Below are positions 42,065 to 54,857 of a stretch of 64,000 nucleotides of DNA, one piece after another. The stretch covers positions 6,448-70,447 of the forward strand of contig NMRA01001012.1 of NCBI GenBank assembly GCA_002633005.1. The letters run 5' to 3'. The translations under genes were made by a program, and so were the position numbers. Numbering within the stretch: position 1 is the stretch's first letter; each line of letters opens with the position of its first letter. Below the pieces are notes generated by a model. That model was not told the DNA's origin. It saw only the letters and a program-made list of their open reading frames with translations, and did not search any database. Origin of the DNA: Phoronis australis (lineage: Eukaryota; Animalia; Phoronida).

Positions 42065-43370
42065 GTTACTGACAGCAACCCGTTTACCAACATGAAAAGG
42101 AATTCTTTATAATTGTAGGAGAAATTACATGTTAATATTTTGATGACCTTTCCACTAACTGACCTCTTCCGGTGCATTATGAGCCCCGATGAGGGAGTAA
42201 TTGTTAATTAAAAGTGTGGTTAATGCTAATAATCACAGATGTTTTACTTTAAGCTCTTCAGAATACAAGATGAATGAAGTGGTCAAACTTTCAGAAGAAA
42301 AATGCACCTAATGGCCCCATGTTTGCACTAAATGACATGAAACTTTGGATTCCAAATTGAATTACGTGTGTCAATCAGACCAGTGAATTTGAAGTGTCTA
42401 GCTCAAAATTTTACTTTGCACCTAATGACCTTTGACCTGTTTAACCTGATTGGATGACCCGATTACTTAGAAAAGTAGTTTTTTAAATTGTCTTATTGAC
42501 TTATACCTGTGTACCGAATTTGAAAAGAATAGCTTTTGAAATAAAGAAGAACTAGCATTTTGAAAATTACATGACCTTTCCACCAAATGACCTCTTCCGG
42601 TGCATTATGGAATATGAATATATAATGAATCAAAATTTGTATACTGCCTAACATCATATTTTAAATTTGAAGAACATACCTGCAACCATTTTGGTGTTAT
42701 TAAACGTCAAAGTAGGCCGGAAGAAGAATAAGAATAAGAACTAGAAAGATTATTGTCATGGCGTGACAATAACGGACTCTGCTAGAGCGTATTACTGGAA
42801 TTATTAGGTTAAGTTAGTGACAGCAACCCGTTTACCAATATGAAAAGGAATTCTTTAAAATTGTAGGAGAAATTACGTATTAATTTTTTGATGACCTTTC
42901 CACTAATTGACCTCTTCCGGTGCATTATGAGCCCCGATGAGGGAGTAATTGTTAACTCGATTAAAAGTGTGGTTAATGCTAATAATCACAGATGTTTTAC
43001 TTTAAGCTCTTCAGAATACAAGATGAATGAAGTGGTCAAACTTTCAGAAGAAAAATGCACCTAATGACCCCATGGGTGCACCAAATGACCTGAAAATTTA
43101 GAATTCAAGCTCAATCGCACTTAGTAAACAGATACGTAATTCTGAAGTCTAAAGCTCACATTTTTTAGTTTGTAGTCAATGACCTTTGACCTATTTTTTT
43201 CTGATTGGTTAGGCCTATTGCAAAGTAAAGTCTGGTATTCGATTGGCATTTTCACTTATACCAGTGTGATGAAATTGAAAAGAATTCCTTGAAAAACATA
43301 AGAGATATAACATTTTGAACGTTACATGACCTTTGCACTAATTGACCCTATCCGGTGCATTATAAGCGTC
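42065..43370 (+). repeat. Tandem pair of Helitron/Helentron-like non-autonomous units
   Basis: 42065-42320 nearly duplicated at 42812-43070. ATGACCTTT.CAC.AA.TGACC..TCCGGTGCATTAT occurs four times, with TGACCTTTGACC motifs. The junction has an (AAGAAT)n run and the hairpin TTATTGTCA-TGGCG-TGACAATAA at ~42750. Confidence 0.6.
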
Positions 43371-45660
43371 TTAAGGAGAATTAATGCAAAGCCCATGGAA
43401 AATGTGGTTAACGTTGAGAATCACAGTTGTCCAACGGTTGACACATCAGAATACTCGCGTGCACGAAGTTTTTCACCAGAAACATCTGGACATCTAATCA
43501 AACCTTACCCTGTTGCCGGCGTTCAAGCACCTCTGCAATGTACTCTGGCTGACACTGGGAATTCTGATATCAGCACTACTAATTGTAGCACGTTGCACTT
43601 CATGTTTGTATTCATTGGATATGGGACATTACATTATGGCCGGTGTCTAAGCTTTAAAATGTTTATTATATTGGTTTTTAGAGTGTACTCTATAGGAAGA
43701 GGTATAAATCTACTGGCCTGAGGGTTCAGTTCCGGGGAGTTTTACGAGGTGGCAAAAATAAGACTTCTGGTTGCAGCCGATGGTACTACAGGTTTGACAA
43801 CAAAGAGTGCCAAAATCCAGGAACTATAGAAATAGTGTGGCGTCATGACATACGTATGGACTACTATAGGCCTTCACGTGGTAAGATACTCAGTTGTTTT
43901 AAGCTTTAGGTTCATTACCTGCGGCAATAAAATAAAGGGTTGTGTTATCAGTTTAATTATTAATTTTAATGCTGTATCGAATAAAAAATAAAATATAATG
44001 TTTGTGAAACGTCACGAAGGACAACTTATTTTACTTTATGCATATTTTCCAGTTTTCAAATAATTGTGAAGTCTGCTGAATGTTCCTGTCAGTATCACAC
44101 TTTTCTTCGTTAGTTCTCCTCATATCGTTGTTCAGCATTGCAAGTATTCCCCATGTCTTTGCAGCGGCACAAAAAGTGACCATTTTTTAACATGACGTGT
44201 TTTATCTAAATATGGAATTTTTTCTTCCTTTGATGGAACTCTTTGTGTGTGCGTGCGTGCGTGCGCGCGAGTGTTTGAAAATAGAATTCTGGCCCTGGAA
44301 TGCCAAGTCCCACACGCGATCTATACGTTCCATTACCAGAGCCTGCGATTCGGACACTAGCCGCGAGAGCTTGCACTGAGAATTTTCCTGCAGCCTGCTG
44401 GACTTAGTTTTGATCGACAGTTGTTGGTCATCAAAGCAAGCTTAATTTCATTGCTTCACTTTCATTTTGTTATCATTGTTCATCAAGCAGACTTGAGCTA
44501 CGGTTCCACCGATTTCTAGGCAAAATTAGTCAACAAACCCAACAGTTACACTGGTCATTCTTTATAGGTGTCGACTGGTAGTTCTGGATGAATTCCAGCA
44601 GTAGTTTCGCCTCTGATATCTTTTCAGCTTAAATCGTAGAACCACGTTCGTCAATCTATCATACTAACTGCCAGACGCTTTTCAACAAGACATTTGTGGG
44701 TGTTAAAATCATGTTACAGTATTTTACGGAAATAAGTTGCATTTGGTCTAAATGTAAAGTTTAGACCCTAAAAACAGGTGTGTTGATGTACATGTACATT
44801 TCAAAGCTACATGATAGATGTTTGTCCATTTTTATCCATCAGAAAACGCTTATCTGCAAATTTCGGAAAGATACTTGGAATAGTTTATCGCATTTTTCGT
44901 AAATGTCACTGCATTCTGAATAATTGTATCAAATGGCACCATAGATGGAATTATTTATAATACACAAAGATGTACAATTTTGGATGAATGCCTGACTAAA
45001 ATACCCACAGGAAGTGTGGCAGATTCATATTCTAAAACGTTTGTATTTATAGGGTAGGAATCTTTTGTATCATTGAAATTATTTCCCTAATGGATTAAGT
45101 CGTCATTTGTATAACCTCTCTTGTTCATTTCGTTTTTATGTTACTATTAAATGCTGTTACTTTTCACATTTTGATTTTTCCTTGGTTTTTAGAATTATTA
45201 TCAATTAAATTATTTGCCTTCTGCTTCTGGTATCAAAAAACTGACAAAGGGCTTTTTAATGATATGGCTCTTATGCCACTCCGGCAGTTGCAAAACGGCG
45301 TAGTTGCAAAAAGTTTTAATGACAGTAAATTCAACATCAAGTACACACACCGGAACAAACTGTCACACATGCGCGGAGCAAGCTCAGAGACCGCGAGATG
45401 GCATTTCAGGGCTAGAGTTCTTTGATTTGAACAAGGTACAAAGTGACTACCTGACTACGACTGCACACCTTCCAATTGACTACTTGATACCTAACTAACT
45501 CCCAAGTAGTCTCTTGTAGTAGCTAATAGAAACTATTTATTGAGGCTGTGGGATGACAGAAAATGTTATTTATGAATGGTGTCAGTTGATGCCGCTAGCC
45601 AGACTACACACACAAGGCATCAAGTGTGTGACCTTCTTGTTTATGTCATCCGGTGATTAA

Positions 45661-47283
45661 AGGAGAATGACACCCGATTTAATTAGTCTTTTACTGTCTT
45701 AAGCGGTCTATATCCACATCGCCTCGCATACGGTGGACCTAACCTTATCGAGAGGTGTCGCGTTAACCTGTGAGGAAGGTGAGAAACGACGCAGTGACGT
45801 CAGTGGTTCATTTGTAGTTGCAGAGTGAATGCCGCTATGTTGCGTTCCCGCTTGTCCGAACTACATGTATGCAGCAGCGAGGAAAGCGGGTACATCGTTT
45901 TTTCAACTTCCTCGAGAGTCCGAAATACTTAGGAAGTGGCTCGCGGTAGTGACTGAAAATTACGCTACTATTAGCAAGTATGAGGCCGTGAAACATCTCG
46001 GTGTCTGTGGCCGACAGTCGTCGACAGTGAATCTGACGATTGCCGGCTTACCATAGAAATATCCATACGTTCCGTTGTCTGTGCATGTTCACGGCGCCTG
46101 TCTAGTATTTCTTGATCACTGTATTCCGGTTCGAACTGATAGCCTGTGAAACTTAACGATTCACCTGCGAAGTGTTCGTTCTATTTCAAAATGAAATATT
46201 CTCGCCCTAACCAATGCTTATATAAAACTGAAACAAAGACTCATTAGATACAATTTGTAATGCCTTTAGAGTATTTGTGAGTGCATATGTTTTGAGAAGC
46301 CACCAATGAATAAACCGCTGCATTACCGGCTTCAGATGAAATAAAGGTAATTAATCGGACACCGGAGCCGCTTGAACGCATGCTAATTCAGTGTTTGCTG
46401 ACAGAAACTGTTGTGAAATAATAACTCAATTTTCTATGCCATGGTCAGGTGTTAGGGGAATCTTTATTTAAATATACATTATTCATTGTTAATATACAAC
46501 TTCTGCCCTGACGGTTCTGTGGCCAAAGGGGAACCTGAATTCGCGGCCCCGACAAGTAAGTAGATTTGCAGTTTCGTGGCTAATTCACCAACATAATCAC
46601 GCGCACATTACTTCTGTGGCTCACTAGTATAGCATTTTCTTGACTGGAAGTTTAGTTTTCAACTTTGGCGGGTTTATGTTCGTGATGTCTTCAGTCCGGC
46701 CGCGACGGAGCTGATCGGGTTCCGAGCCACTGGCCGGGATAACGAGTCAGTCCCTTCGCGATGGGCCTGATCGGGTTCCGAGTATAATTACTATAGTTTT
46801 TTTGTGTTTAGAACTAAAAAAATCACAACTCTAAACAACAGAGATCGGTGTTCTCCTGTCTGTATTTCACGAAAGAATACTTCGAATTTATCTCTGAACA
46901 GACCCCACACTCCTGCTACGGACATTGGTAAATTGTCCTGCCGAACTAGTAGGCTACGGTGTGTCCAAATACCAATAAATCCGTAACAGCGAAATAAAAC
47001 AACACGTTTTTATAAAAACTCGATTTATTTTTTAAGGGTTTTACATCGAAAATTGATGATTTATTGGTGTTAAACGATGAATTCAAGCGATAACCTGACA
47101 CCAGTAACACGTGTTGTGAACTGCCGAACAGACTGCATGTGAAACCAAAGGCGTCATTGGATAATTTCAACACCTCCGTCTGCCGTCAGGTGTCAGGTAA
47201 CGCAACCGAACGTGCTGTTATCGAGTAGAAGTACTCGATCTAAATTGATACAAAATAGGTTGTTTTTTGGGTGGCATGCTCCT
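45661..47283 (+). mobile_element. Non-autonomous Kolobok with THAP relic
   Basis: TTAA|AGGAGAATGACACCC ... GGGTGGCATGCTCCT|TTAC. ORF 45829-46056 reads MPLCCVPACPN..FFQLP..RKWL..VCGRQ. Confidence 0.8.
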
Positions 47284-47295
47284 TTACATTATCAG

Positions 47296-47401
47296 ATGTA
47301 CTGGCTTCAGTGCTGTTAGAACCACTTGATATGAAGACATCCAACCTGGTTTGAACTAAATTTGAAGGTTTTGAGAATGACAGTCCCGAGCTAAATCAAT
47401 G
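47296..47401 (+). pseudogene. Candidate decayed internal exon of the PAN/CTHRC1-C locus
   Basis: atcag| ... |gtaagt splice signals. The best frame, VLASVLLEPLDMKTSNLV*TKFEGFENDSPELNQ, has one stop, and all three frames have stops. Confidence 0.3.
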
Positions 47402-49059
47402 GTAAGTATTTTTATTGTGACAGATATTATCTTGTGTTTGTTGTGTGCCTTATTCCTATTACCTACGAATGGGTCGCCACTTTCATGTGGTTATAATCCA
47501 TTTGAAGAATCCTTTTTGAGGTCAAAAACTTGTCATGTTTTGACATGTATGCGGATTAAACGTAGTCGTTGAAATTTCGCAGGACCTTTACCAATGAAAG
47601 ACCCGGCCTCCACCATGTTTCACTAGCTAAACACCAAAAACAATACGGAACACTGACTGCCGTTATTTACATAAAATGTTTCCGATGCGTTGGAGATCAG
47701 GTGGCCATCGAATGCAATCTGTTTTAATGCTGTTTTGTGTAGCCCATGTTACGGTAGTTTAATTAGAAATTGTTCATTCATTTCAATTATTCATTATTCA
47801 TCAATTTGAAACTCATTCGTGCAGATCTCCAGTTTGAAGCAGACAGCATAATTGTTATTGTTAGCTTATATCTTCATCTTCATATCCACAGTGAGGTCTC
47901 TGCCGCTGATCCCAGTCACTGTATTCCTGTTCCCTGTGTTCCCTGACCCTATGTTTCGCCGTATCCATAGCTGATTCTGTGTTGTCCATACATGTCTGCA
48001 ATCAATGTCTTCGTTTTAATTACCTAATTATATATTTTTTATTAAAGTTGAACATCCTAGTGTTGAAAAGCGGGTAAGGATCCCGGCAAACTCAAGGAGT
48101 AACTCCGCGACAAAAAACGGCATGTTGACAATGACCAATCGTATTGCTTTTAACTGCACATTTGTCGAGCTGTGGGCGCTTCTAGGTATATTCCAGTAAA
48201 GTCAAACATGTACTATAGAAGATGAAACAAAGTGGAATTGACTGTAATTTTTTACAAATTGCTTTGCTTAATTTTTCATATGCACCATAATCTAATGTCC
48301 CTCTTGTAAGAGACAAGCACATGTGGCATACGTAATGCATTTTTCTGCGAAAGTTTTTTGTTACGGTTTTGAAGAATATCGCGGCGGTGATGCCCCTTAG
48401 GGCACCAAAATGTCACCTTCTAAAACGCAGAAATGTTTAACGAATGGTGGAAGATCTGTAAGAGGCAAGCACAAACATGCGTCATGTATAATGCATTTTT
48501 GTGAAACATTTTCTTTACCATGTTCCCTCACTCATTAATAATTTCTGAGTTTAAAGCGTGACAGAGCACAGCGCAGTAGTGGCTTATTCGATACATAAAC
48601 AAAACAGACCGGCATAATAGCCATGAGCGGTAAGGTTTACAAAGGAAAATAGCAGGCCCCCTCTGAATATTACGCTAGAGGCGCTGCTTACGCAGAGTTC
48701 GGGTGATCAGGAATTCTACATATTGTTTACACAATGGCTCCAACTGTCTACGCTTGAGCGACTTTAAACACACACCGGTTTGCAACTAATCAGCTAGGGG
48801 CGCTGCTTACGCAGGCAACATTGCATGTCTGCATCTAAGCAAAGATTGAAGGATCTCAATCGCACATTAGGGACGCAATTAATTTTTGCATCCAGTGAGT
48901 TTTACAACTCCATAAGCTCCGAAGTTTTACGCCAAGTTCACGAGGACACTCTTTGTTCTGTAACATGTAATATCTCTCAAAATTAAGCTCGCTAAATGTC
49001 GCGGGTGTAAAAAGTTACTGAGAGACTGGGACGCTTTTAGGTGCAACAAGTCGATTGAT

Positions 49060-49320
49060 GCAACGGACCGCCAAACACGGTTTACGGACAAAATGAAGAA
49101 GTCGGCTGACCCAGGAAGCCGATGAGTCCGTGACCCGAGTTTGACGGTCCGTTAACCGTGTTTGCTCGTGAATATGAGTCCGTGACCCGTGTACTTGGGT
49201 GCGCGGATCGTGTTTTGTGAGTCCGTTTCCGTGTTTGAGTCAGTGGACGGTGTTTGCAGGTCCGGGAGTCGTATTCATGCGTCCGTGCCCGTGTTTATGA
49301 GTCCGTTGACCGTGTAGTTT
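49060..49320 (+). repeat. Degenerate ~20-bp minisatellite (GAGTCCGTG.CCCGTGTTT)
   Basis: About 9 imperfect copies at 49123-49315, with inverted copies (ACGGAC..AAACACGG) just upstream. Confidence 0.65.
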
Positions 49321-49899
49321 AGGTACCTTGATTTCGCCAGTCAACACACGTGACAAGACGATAATTCACGAGACTCGCACTTAGTCGGTAAGCTTGTTGA
49401 TTTTATTGGGTTGTATGCTTGAACTGAAATGAAATATTTACTCATTTAAAATCACAAAATATATTTCATTTTGGAATCGTAAATTTGTCTTGATACTATA
49501 GAAAATCAGAGAGAATGACGAGCTTGCACGTAGATATTCAGTGATTTTACCACGCAGTCTTTCCATTGTTGTACTTCGTAGCGTGTGATATGAATGTCTG
49601 GAACTCTGTGCCAAACAAGTCTAGCGCCAATCCAGCATATGTGATTTTTTCGACGCAAAAAACAAGAGATGTATTTTTATTCGCAGTTTCTCTACGAATA
49701 CTTTGACAATGACTGACAAAATCCCCGAGACTGCGGAACTTGCCAAATTAGAGCTATCATATTTGACGACGCTGATTGTGTTTGTTGAAAGATTTTGTTA
49801 CTCTACAGGTTTCCTTTATTTTTGAAGAGACCTTTCTGGAAACGATGTTGAGTGTAAGTTATTTTCACTTTGAAGTTATTAGTTCACGTAGTGGCTGAT

Positions 49900-50479
49900 A
49901 GGCCTACTATTACAATATCGGGTAATTTCGGCGAACAAAATCACATTGCCTGCCGAATAGGCATCATAAAAGTTCTCCGGATCTCTTAGCGGTAAACAGT
50001 ATAAGCGAGAAATTCCCCACGTGCCCAGACTCGTGGTGGGAACTCTAACTTTTTTTAACTTTTCCACCGCGCGCGAGAATCCAAAAGTATGATTTTTCGA
50101 AGACTGACCCAGGGATCGCGATGGCTTCTCAGATGTTTCTGTTTGCTATTATATACAACAAAGTGTCAGTGTTCAATTATCGAGGCCTATTTACGTCATG
50201 GGGGATCGATTTTTTGAGAATACGGACCATCTACTAAAAACGGGATACATTCAGAGCTATAAATTGCACATTTGCCGAATTTTGGTTGTTCCTGCCTTTT
50301 TAGTAGACTTTTGCCTCTCATTTTCTGCTTTTTCAGACTTTTTTTTTTTTTTTGAAGTGGAACTTTTTGCCCACTTCGCCAAGTGGGGGGCTCATTAGTT
50401 TTATGGGGCAAAGGGGACGTCGCCTTACATGTCGAACAAGTCCTGTACATCGAACCCAGCAACGTGTAGTAATAGGGCT
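49900..50479. mobile_element. Non-autonomous TIR element (MITE)
   Basis: Imperfect 15-bp TIRs AGGCCTACTATTACA / TGTAGTAATAGGGCT and a non-coding interior. Confidence 0.5.
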
Positions 50480-50887
50480 TTCTGTTCTATGAAGTCTGTA
50501 ATCGCCCAACCTGCGATGCAGAAATCGAACGCCCTACACTGTTTTTGCCACCTAGAACCGATGGTTGACTATTCGCCAGTACACTGAAAGGGTGGTATTG
50601 GTCGTATGTCCTTCCTGATACTCAGATGTTTTATCCAGCTCAGCTGGATACTGATTTCGTGAATGTTTAGAAAACAAGTTATTATTGCTAATTATGAAGC
50701 TAAGTCGCCAGCTGTACTACAGAGCTGATAAAATGTTGCCTCCAACTAGAAACTTAGTCTTGGATTACCGCTAAGGTATATTCCTGCATAGAAGTTGATG
50801 CCATGCGCCTGCTCAGTTCTGTGCAGAATACACAAGCAAATGGGTCAAGAAGCAGCGTCATACAACTTACTGACGCAATCTGCACAA

Positions 50888-52680
50888 TAGTCGGTGGGCC
50901 AGATCTCATAGCGTTCACCCTTGTGAGTACTTTGGGGGGGCAACCTAGTTTTTTCTATGTGGCTAGATAATATACCCATAAATCAAATTCCAAAAAGTTC
51001 CCACGTCTACACTTGCACATTTTTTTAAAAAAAGGTGTTTTTGTTGCCTAAAATATGATGCACATTCCTGCCACTTGATGGCGCTTTTCTATTGAATTGA
51101 CCAATCAGAGAGCCAGATTGTATTGTTGTGCTTAGTTACTTCAATATGGCTGCTCCCATGGACTGTGATGCCTGTATAATTCAAGGTTTATCAAACAGCA
51201 CAAAATTGTGATGTCAGAGCCTAAAGAAGCTTAGGCTGTGGAACTCTGTAGATCAGTAGATCAAAAAGAAGAAGAGGAGTCACAAACGTTTGTGCAGAAA
51301 ACATCTGCATGTCCTGGTAGCCTACACAGTATACTGCTGAGTGCTGTAGACTAGAAGACCAAGTGTCAGACCAAAAAATTGAAAGGACATAGAACGGCAT
51401 AGCAACGTTTCAAGGCACCAACAGTAGTACTAAAGCTGAAGTTGCTGAAAGTGATACAGATGTTATCCAAGATTTCCCAAGAAAATCAATTACTTNNNNN
51501 NNNNNNNNNNNNNNNNNNNNNNNNNNNNNNNNNNNNNNNNNNNNNNNNNNNNNNNNNNNNNNNNNNNNNNNNNNNNNNNNNNNNNNNNNNNNNNNNNNNN
51601 NNNNNNNNNNNNNNNNNNNNNNNNNNNNNNNNNNNNNNNNNNNNNNNNNNNNNNNNNNNNNNNNNNNNNNNNNNNNNNNNNNNNNNNNNNNNNNNNNNNN
51701 NNNNNNNNNNNNNNNNNNNNNNNNNNNNNNNNNNNNNNNNNNNNNNNNNNNNNNNNNNNNNNNNNNNNNNNNNNNNNNNNNNNNNNNNNNNNNNNNNNNN
51801 NNNNNNNNNNNNNNNNNNNNNNNNNNNNNNNNNNNNNNNNNNNNNNNNNNNNNNNNNNNNNNNNNNNNNNNNNNNNNNNNNNNNNNNNNNNNNNNNNNNN
51901 NNNNNNNNNNNNNNNNNNNNNNNNNNNNNNNNNNNNNNNNNNNNNNNNNNNNNNNNNNNNNNNNNNNNNNNNNNNNNNNNNNNNNNNNNNNNNNNNNNNN
52001 NNNNNNNNNNNNNNNNNNNNNNNNNNNNNNNNNNNNNNNNNNNNNNNNNNNNNNNNNNNNNNNNNNNNNNNNNNNNNNNNNNNNNNNNNNNNNNNNNNNN
52101 NNNNNNNNNNNNNNNNNNNNNNNNNNNNNNNNNNNNNNNNNNNNNNNNNNNNNNNNNNNNNNNNNNNNNNNNNNNNNNNNNNNNNNNNNNNNNNNNNNNN
52201 NNNNNNNNNNNNNNNNNNNNNNNNNNNNNNNNNNNNNNNNNNNNNNNNNNNNNNNNNNNNNNNNNNNNNNNNNNNNNNNNNNNNNNNNNNNNNNNNNNNN
52301 NNNNNNNNNNNNNNNNNNNNNNNNNNNNNNNNNNNNNNNNNNNNNNNNNNNNNNNNNNNNNNNNNNNNNNNNNNNNNNNNNNNNNNNNNNNNNNNNNNNN
52401 NNNNNNNNNNNNNNNNNNNNNNNNNNNNNNNNNNNNNNNNNNNNNNNNNNNNNNNNNNNNNNNNNNNTTTTACAAATATAAGTTTACTAAGCTCTTTGGT
52501 GATTATTATGTAACTTCAAACTCAAATTTCTCAAAAATGTGCAACTTTATATGTGGGAACTTTTTAGATTTTGAAAACACTCTAATAAATGAATTAAAAA
52601 ACACCAAAATAAAATTGCCCCCCTAAAGTACTCACAAAAACCATTTTCTAGAGGCCCTACAAAATCTGGCCCACCGACTA
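50888..52680. mobile_element. Academ-type DNA transposon (contains an assembly gap)
   Basis: Perfect 17-bp TIRs TAGTCGGTGGGCCAGAT / ATCTGGCCCACCGACTA, a further inverted block TTGTGAGTACTTT.GGGGGGCAA, and a 3-bp target duplication CAA. TAG termini are typical of Academ. Confidence 0.82.
51496..52467. other. Assembly gap (N run)
   Basis: Read directly. Confidence 1.
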
Positions 52681-54401
52681 CAACGGAAGAGCTTTGTGTT
52701 GCTACTGGGCTTAGTCACCCGTTAAAGAAAACACGGCTTTAAAATTTGCTGAACTGAGTAAAAGAAAATATTATCAGAGGTATGTGTGATGTATGAAAAA
52801 GATATGATTTCCATTTTGTTCGAAACTAAACCAACTGTTCTTGACCATTGACATAATGCACGTTAAATCTTACATTAAAAATCTGTCAAAATGTATCCAT
52901 ATTTACAGTGCATGCGAACGAATTCTGTTTGTAGCGTTCTGTCCACATGTCCCATTTGCAATATGTCAGAGTTTTTGTATTATTAGTTGACTCGTTTTCA
53001 GCGAAAATCGGTTTGAAGTCCTAGTAGCACACACTATAATGAACGGTTAGAAGAAGTTAAGAACCAAACAGTACCTATGCCTTGACCAATACAAATTCGT
53101 AGTAGAAGAAAGTTTAAATTAACGTGCACTCATGATTCCGATCCGAAGACACACTGCTGTTTTGAACTAATCTCGAAACCCAAAGTAAATTTCGTTCAGG
53201 AACCCTTGCTCAAGAACGCCGGTTGCGCGAGTGGAGCAGTATGTGTTACCAGTCTCCAAACCGGGACAAAATATTTTATAGCGGACTTTAACTTTTAATA
53301 AAAAACAAAATAAGGATAATTTGTTGTGAAACTGTTTACAAAATACATGTATGGCAAACAAATTTTGCCAGAAATTATTTTGCCGGACTCGGACCTGTGG
53401 TCGATGACCCGGTGCGGACCGAGACCAGCACTGACGAAAGCGAAGGCATGCTGTAGCCGGCTGTTTTATAGAAATACATGGTTCAAATCATATTCATAAT
53501 CATACAAAGGAGTTCAGTAATGCAATCAGAAAATGCTGGGGTGGAAAAGGCAACGTGTGAAGAGCTAAAATAAAAGAAACACAGTCTAATTAAGAACAGA
53601 ACTTGTATTCAAATCATAATTTGTGTTAACATTCTCATTCAGAAACACGAGAGGCAACATACCAAGAGTTAGATGATTGTTTTGTGAACCAAGCACATTT
53701 CAAAAAACTTAAGTGGAGTAAATGTAGGCTGTTGTGAAGGCTATTGAAACGCTATTGAGGTGCAATGCTCTACTGCATAGAATTGTATAATTTTGGTCGT
53801 TCAAGAAAATTATAATTGCCATTAATTATCAACTTTCACTTTGTTCACATAGCCCGACTGTGGATAAGCGAGGTTTTCATGTAAATAAGAACCGGTGTGC
53901 TTTTATTTTTTATTTATTATTTACATGGAGTGTGAAACTTAATTTTCACTGCAATGTCATATTTTTCCGTATTGGCTTGAACTTTTTGACACGATGTCAT
54001 TTTTCAGACTATAGAAACCTAATACTATGTGATTTGCGCTGGCCCATTTCTGTCATTATCCTGTGTGTGTCCTGATTATGTAGCCAGTTGGCAGCATGTG
54101 CCCTGGTCATGTAGTCAGTTGGCACTGTGTTTCTGGTCATGTAGTCATTGCAACGAATGATCAAATTCAATGCCTGCTACCAGTGAACCATATTAGTGAT
54201 CCCTCATCATTTTTGTCTATATAGTGACGTCAAACCAAATGTATCTTCGCTTACTCAAATTGATCCAAAAAATCAAAGAAACTTGTAGTGTAAATTTCAA
54301 TAAAATAAGTACCGGGTATGAAATTTAAGATGCCTTTGCAGTACCACGCAAACGTTTGGTTTGCTGTGGTTACTCACGTAGTCAGTTTGTACCCAAGTTA
54401 C

Positions 54402-54403
<2 letters not shown>

Positions 54404-54453
<50 letters not shown>
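54404..54453. repeat. (GT)n microsatellite
   Basis: Read directly. Confidence 0.97.
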
Positions 54454-54456
<3 letters not shown>

Positions 54457-54701
54457 CGCGCGCGCTTCTTTGTTTTTGTTTGTGTGTCTTTTCAATATTT
54501 CTGGCTGTGGTATTAAGGGAAAAGTTATCACTAGCTAGAGTTTTTTTGGTCACTATTGCATTGTCAAGATGGCTTATTTGGAAAATGAACCTACTTTGTC
54601 GTTGGATGACAAATGTGAACTGTTTGATTTACAAGAACGCATTGAGTGGTTTTAAAGTAATGCAACCGAACGAAAGTTGTTTTCACGTGTATATGTTGTA
54701 G

Positions 54702-54857
54702 TTGACGGCATTTGTGAAGGTCTACCAGCCGGTGACATTAACATCACGTTTGAAGTTGGAAATTGTGCGGGATATCCTGTATCGGACAGTGCAGCTGGAA
54801 GGCCCGGAGTGGGAGTCTCCCTTACAGTCGAGGAAAATGACTTAGGTTCTAGTTTGA
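54702..54857 (+). CDS. Internal exon encoding the end of a CTHRC1 C-terminal-like domain
   Basis: tgtag| ... |gtaagt, 156 nt, phase 1-1, open frame. VDGICEGLPAGDINITFEVGNCAGYPVSDSAAGRPGVGVSLTVEE aligns by eye to the CTHRC1 pattern VEG.CEG..AG......VG.C..YP..D...G......EE. Confidence 0.72.

Noticed and set aside
48673-48815. 22-bp direct repeat GCTAGRGGCGCTGCTTACGCAG, superficially CRISPR-like
   Set aside because: Only two copies about 120 bp apart, in a eukaryotic context with no cas genes.
49117-49150. CCGATGAGTCCGTGA resembles the hammerhead core CUGAUGAGUCCGUGAGGACGAAA
   Set aside because: It has CCGA rather than CTGA, no closing GGAC-GAAA, and is part of a minisatellite.
51442-52626. 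394-aa ORF, and the long ORFs across 40464-41245
   Set aside because: Artefacts of translating through N gaps.
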